Origin: a virus
Strand: one strand, 5' to 3'
Virus record (IMG/VR): IMGVR_UViG_3300024999_000042
Length of the DNA stretch: 64,000 nucleotides
The position numbers were made by a program, and so were the translations under genes. The notes below the pieces were generated by a model, which saw only the letters and a list, made by a program, of their open reading frames with translations, was not told the origin of the DNA and did no database searches. Below, piece by piece: positions 60,660 through 64,000 of the stretch (within the stretch, counting starts at the first letter, position 1; every line of letters starts with the position of its first letter).

Positions 60660-61313
60660 ATGATGATTCAAGAATTTATCTCCCTCACAAACCTTTCTGT
60701 ATCCTATGATGAATACACTAACACCATTGAACCTAAATACATGACTAGCACATTAGATAAGCAAGATTTTTGCAAACGATACATAAACATAAACACAACT
60801 AATATAAAGCCTCTTGCAAAAGAACTCAAAGAAATTAAAGAAGCTATCAAGGATTTCAAAGGCAATCGTAGTTTTGCCAAAAGAGAAGAAAAGAAAATCC
60901 TTGAAAACCACAAAGAAAAACTAAAAGAATATAACTCCCAAAATTGGGTAGACAGAAACTTTATCAAGACTCTAGAATATAACCTGAATGTAAGCATCTA
61001 TAAACTCTACGAAATGTATGGTAATGACGCAACTATCCAAATTATCTACAATGATGGCACTGAATGCAACGTAACAGGAACAGAAATTGTTACAGGGGAA
61101 ATAACTCCTAAATTACAGCAAATTGCATATGCAAGTTATCAAGACGGATACATCATATACGATACCTTATCAGGTAACTTAGATACTAAATGGGATATAG
61201 AAATAGAAGGAGAAAAAGAAACTGACTGGGACGCAAGGGAAGAATACTTTGATCAAGTAGAAATCAAGTTCGGCACTAAATGGGGAATCAAACATAATAA
61301 TACGCCAATTTAA
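60660..61313 (+). CDS. Hypothetical early protein
   Basis: MMIQEF...IEPKYM...LDKQDFCK; promoter TAGACA-17-TAAAAT; terminator 61313-61341. Confidence 0.8.
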   Translation: MMIQEFISLTNLSVSYDEYTNTIEPKYMTSTLDKQDFCKRYININTTNIKPLAKELKEIKEAIKDFKGNRSFAKREEKKILENHKEKLKEYNSQNWVDRNFIKTLEYNLNVSIYKLYEMYGNDATIQIIYNDGTECNVTGTEIVTGEITPKLQQIAYASYQDGYIIYDTLSGNLDTKWDIEIEGEKETDWDAREEYFDQVEIKFGTKWGIKHNNTPI

Positions 61314-61526
61314 AGCAGATTAAAACCTGCTTTTTCTTTTTGCCTACAATCTATCCATTCTTACTATTAAACCTCTTAAACCCCTATTCTAAAGCCTTAC
61401 ACAGAAGCAATAAATTTTACAAATCCATAACTATAAAAATAAATATTATCACAAATGGTTTTCTCTATTGTTTCTGTGATATACTATAGGAAATCCACTA
61501 ATTAAATTTAAAGGAGTGCGGAAAAA

Positions 61527-61808
61527 ATGAGTAAAAACCAATGGTATGTACATACTGAGGGTTCAATTGGTTATGTTCGCCACAATCTAATCCAATATAC
61601 ACCAACTAAACAAGATGCTGAAAAACTACTAAAACAAGTAAAGAAAATTGATAAACTATGTTATGTTGACTTTGTTTGGAAATCAGATTTGCATCTTCCA
61701 TTTTCTAAACTTCACGGAAAAACACCTATAAAAGTTGAAAGCATAATGGATGTATTAATTCCACTAATTGAAAATGATTTAAGATCATGGAATAAAGCAT
61801 TAGTTTAG
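61527..61808 (+). CDS. Hypothetical early protein
   Basis: SD AAGGAG; terminator 61807-61838. Confidence 0.75.
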   Translation: MSKNQWYVHTEGSIGYVRHNLIQYTPTKQDAEKLLKQVKKIDKLCYVDFVWKSDLHLPFSKLHGKTPIKVESIMDVLIPLIENDLRSWNKALV

Positions 61809-62060
61809 AGTAGTAAAAAATACTACTCTTTTTTCTTTGCCTATGTTTTGTCTATACTCCTTCCATATCCCTCTATAATCCTTTCAGACCTTCCACAATG
61901 CCATATAAGCCCTCAGATATCAAATCTAATACAAATACACCACTAAAGCAGTAATAAGGCCACAAACAATGTAAAATAATTATTTATGTTTTTGCTATTG
62001 TAATTGCGCTATATTTTTAGTACAATACATATATAAAATAAATTATTGGAGGTTTTAAAT

Positions 62061-62309
62061 ATGTCGCTATCTTATAAAATTAAATCTCTTCCAGAAGCTG
62101 AAAAAACCATTTTTATGTCTATGCTAAATAAATGCCTAAAAATTCGTTCCCTATGGTGCAAATCATTACTCGACAAAACGAAAACTAATAGCCAGTGTGA
62201 GTTTGCACAAAGCAAATTTATCCAAGCAGAAAAAGCACTAAAGGAAAAATTTAATTATCTACACCTAGACAATTTTGATTTAGAAACCATAAAATATTGC
62301 AGTATCTAA
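62061..62309 (+). CDS. Hypothetical early protein
   Basis: SD GGAGG before ATG 62061; terminator follows. Confidence 0.7.
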   Translation: MSLSYKIKSLPEAEKTIFMSMLNKCLKIRSLWCKSLLDKTKTNSQCEFAQSKFIQAEKALKEKFNYLHLDNFDLETIKYCSI

Positions 62310-62370
62310 AAGGAGTAGAAATACTTCTTTCTTTTTTCTAAAATAAACAATAAAGGAGCACGGATCACAT

Positions 62371-62553
62371 ATGGCAAGTGAACAAACTTTAAAAGCAATC
62401 CAGTCCTTTTATGTTGACGGATATCTAGCAGTAGACTTTAAATTATTTGGTGTACCTCAGACCACAGAAGAAGCGGAAATCTGGATGTCCAAATATCAAA
62501 GAATCAGAAATCAAATATTTGAGTACAATCAAACTGAGGAATCTAAAATATAG
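62371..62553 (+). CDS. Hypothetical early protein
   Basis: SD AAAGGAG; terminator overlaps stop. Confidence 0.7.
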   Translation: MASEQTLKAIQSFYVDGYLAVDFKLFGVPQTTEEAEIWMSKYQRIRNQIFEYNQTEESKI

Positions 62554-62656
62554 ATTCCTTTTTCTTTTTCCTAAATGTTAAAATAATATTAGACATTGAG
62601 TCAGATAAATGATATTATAGGTTATCAGATTAATTACATAAGGAGTTGAGCCACAA

Positions 62657-63010
62657 ATGGAATTTATAAAGGTAAAAGACATTACTAAATTAGTTCATGA
62701 AGTGCAGGAAATCGGTTACATACAAACTGAACGCAATAAAGAAGGAAAGGCAACAGGTTATAAAATTCGATTCTACGCTAAAATTTGGGGTTATGATTAC
62801 GGAGATTATACAAAGACGTATAAAAATGCTTTGAAAATTGCTGAAAGGAATTACACGCAAATGCTAGAGGGGATCGGCAAAAATAAATTTTACAATCAAG
62901 AATTAGATATGTGGTTTCCGAATAAAGAAAAATGTGATAAATATAATGATGGAAATATAGTAGCAGAAGAGAGAAGAAAGGAAGTATTAAAAAGGACTGA
63001 AGGAGCTTGA
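62657..63010 (+). CDS. Hypothetical early protein
   Basis: Promoter TAGACA-17-TATTAT, SD AAGGAG, terminator. Confidence 0.75.
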   Translation: MEFIKVKDITKLVHEVQEIGYIQTERNKEGKATGYKIRFYAKIWGYDYGDYTKTYKNALKIAERNYTQMLEGIGKNKFYNQELDMWFPNKEKCDKYNDGNIVAEERRKEVLKRTEGA

Positions 63011-63255
63011 AAGAGCTTCTTTTCTTTTTGCTATACATTATACCATTTACTAATCTAAAAGCCTTAAATAACCCTTTCTGGCCTTATCAATGCTATCCGG
63101 ATAATCTTGCTATACTCACATTCTTAATTCAATATTTTACTTTCAAACTCTTGTTTTATCTTATTTGATTATATAAAGTGTAAAATAATTTTATTTAATA
63201 TGGTTTTTTGTATTGTTTTTATGGTATAATAAATTAGAAAATTAAATATAAGGAA

Positions 63256-63525
63256 GTGTTGAACATGCGAGAGAAAAATCAAGACAAAGTTTACCATTGC
63301 GCAAAGATTAAAACTGCAATATCTCACGCCATTAAAGACGGAATTATAAATGTTGCTGAAGACTTTGGAAGTCAAGAAGAATTAAACGAATGCATACAAG
63401 TAGCAGAAGAGAAAGGGAACTACAGAGATTACTGGTGCGACAAAGAAAACAATACATACTTTAGGTTCCAAATCGAACAAAACGATGATACAATCTATAT
63501 AGATTTAGGGTATAGAATTAATTAG
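63256..63525 (+). CDS. Hypothetical early protein
   Basis: Extended -10 TGGTATAAT, SD, terminator. Confidence 0.7.
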   Translation: MLNMREKNQDKVYHCAKIKTAISHAIKDGIINVAEDFGSQEELNECIQVAEEKGNYRDYWCDKENNTYFRFQIEQNDDTIYIDLGYRIN

Positions 63526-63577
63526 AGAACTTTAAATAGTTCTCTTTTCTCAATTTATAAAAGGAGGTGAATAAAAA

Positions 63578-63742
63578 ATGAATCCTGAACTATCCGAGGA
63601 CACCAGAGCAACAACCATAATAATATCTAATAAATCCTATGATTTACACATAATAAATGACTTATATTACATTTGCACTCATGGGACACACCAGATCATA
63701 AAAATAATGACCGAAAAAGAATATAATGATATTAACATCTAG
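63578..63742 (+). CDS. 54-aa hypothetical protein (below ORF-track cutoff)
   Basis: AAGGAGGTGA SD, MNPELSEDT...YNDINI*, terminator AGGACT-gaata-AGTCCTTTTT. Confidence 0.65.
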   Translation: MNPELSEDTRATTIIISNKSYDLHIINDLYYICTHGTHQIIKIMTEKEYNDINI

Positions 63743-64000
63743 GACTGAATAAGTCCTTTTTGTTTGCTTTTCTCTGTCCACGTAGGAAATACATTTTTAA
63801 TAAATGTCCTTATACGGTGTACCAACCCCCAAAACTTTGTACGCTTGTGAAAATATATAATCCTTTTCCACCAAATGCCCATTTTAATGGAATACTGGGA
63901 CCAAGAAACGCAATAAAACAAGATATAATTATTGTGTTTATATCATTTCTGTGATATTATTAGTTAACATATTTAAGGAGGTTTTCACCCCATGAAGGTT

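Larger units (their letters stand above)
1..64000. mobile_element. Interior of a large SPbeta-like temperate phage/prophage (ends not in window)
   Basis: Gene order RNAP (YonO-like) - HU - YonK - YonJ-like - TerS - TerL - portal - scaffold - capsid - tail - recombinase mirrors the SPbeta yon/yom cluster; no host housekeeping genes. Confidence 0.93.

Noticed and set aside
1-64000. Alternative genetic code (stop-codon reassignment)
   Set aside because: Long core genes are uninterrupted in the standard code; the breaks seen are frameshifts, not in-frame stops

Overview
This AT-rich 64 kb window lies entirely inside a large SPbeta-like (YonO-encoding) temperate phage or prophage of a spore-forming Firmicute, probably a Clostridia host (inference). 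About 1-56.9 kb is almost all on the minus strand. Read in the direction of transcription it carries a PAPS-reductase-family gene, a replication block (iteron-like repeats, putative initiator, SF2 helicase) and small genes. These are followed by a YonO-like single-subunit RNA polymerase, PIN-PhoH, HU, YonK, a coiled-coil gene with a large structured non-coding RNA candidate, and a YonJ-like phosphoesterase. The SPbeta-syntenic head and neck module follows (terminase small subunit, terminase large subunit with a 439-aa intein, portal, protease/scaffold, major capsid, connectors, major tail, tail-collar protein). It ends with a RusA-like resolvase, a tyrosine recombinase and accessory genes (Ig-domain protein, BRO, HTH, PemK/MazF-like toxin). 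Many free-standing homing endonucleases and antirepressors are interspersed, and several are frameshifted. A 2.2 kb non-coding region (56.9-59.1 kb) marks the strand switch and holds tandem Spo0A boxes and a sigma54-type promoter. After it comes a plus-strand array of short early genes, most with their own promoter and terminator. The best candidate for an undescribed system is the 227-aa coiled-coil gene (35071-35754) with its downstream ~435-nt RNA (34571-35005). That RNA is closed by a long G-U-rich helix and contains a central segment flanked by direct repeats. No tRNA, rRNA or CRISPR array was recognised. All family assignments come from motif recognition and synteny, not from database searches.
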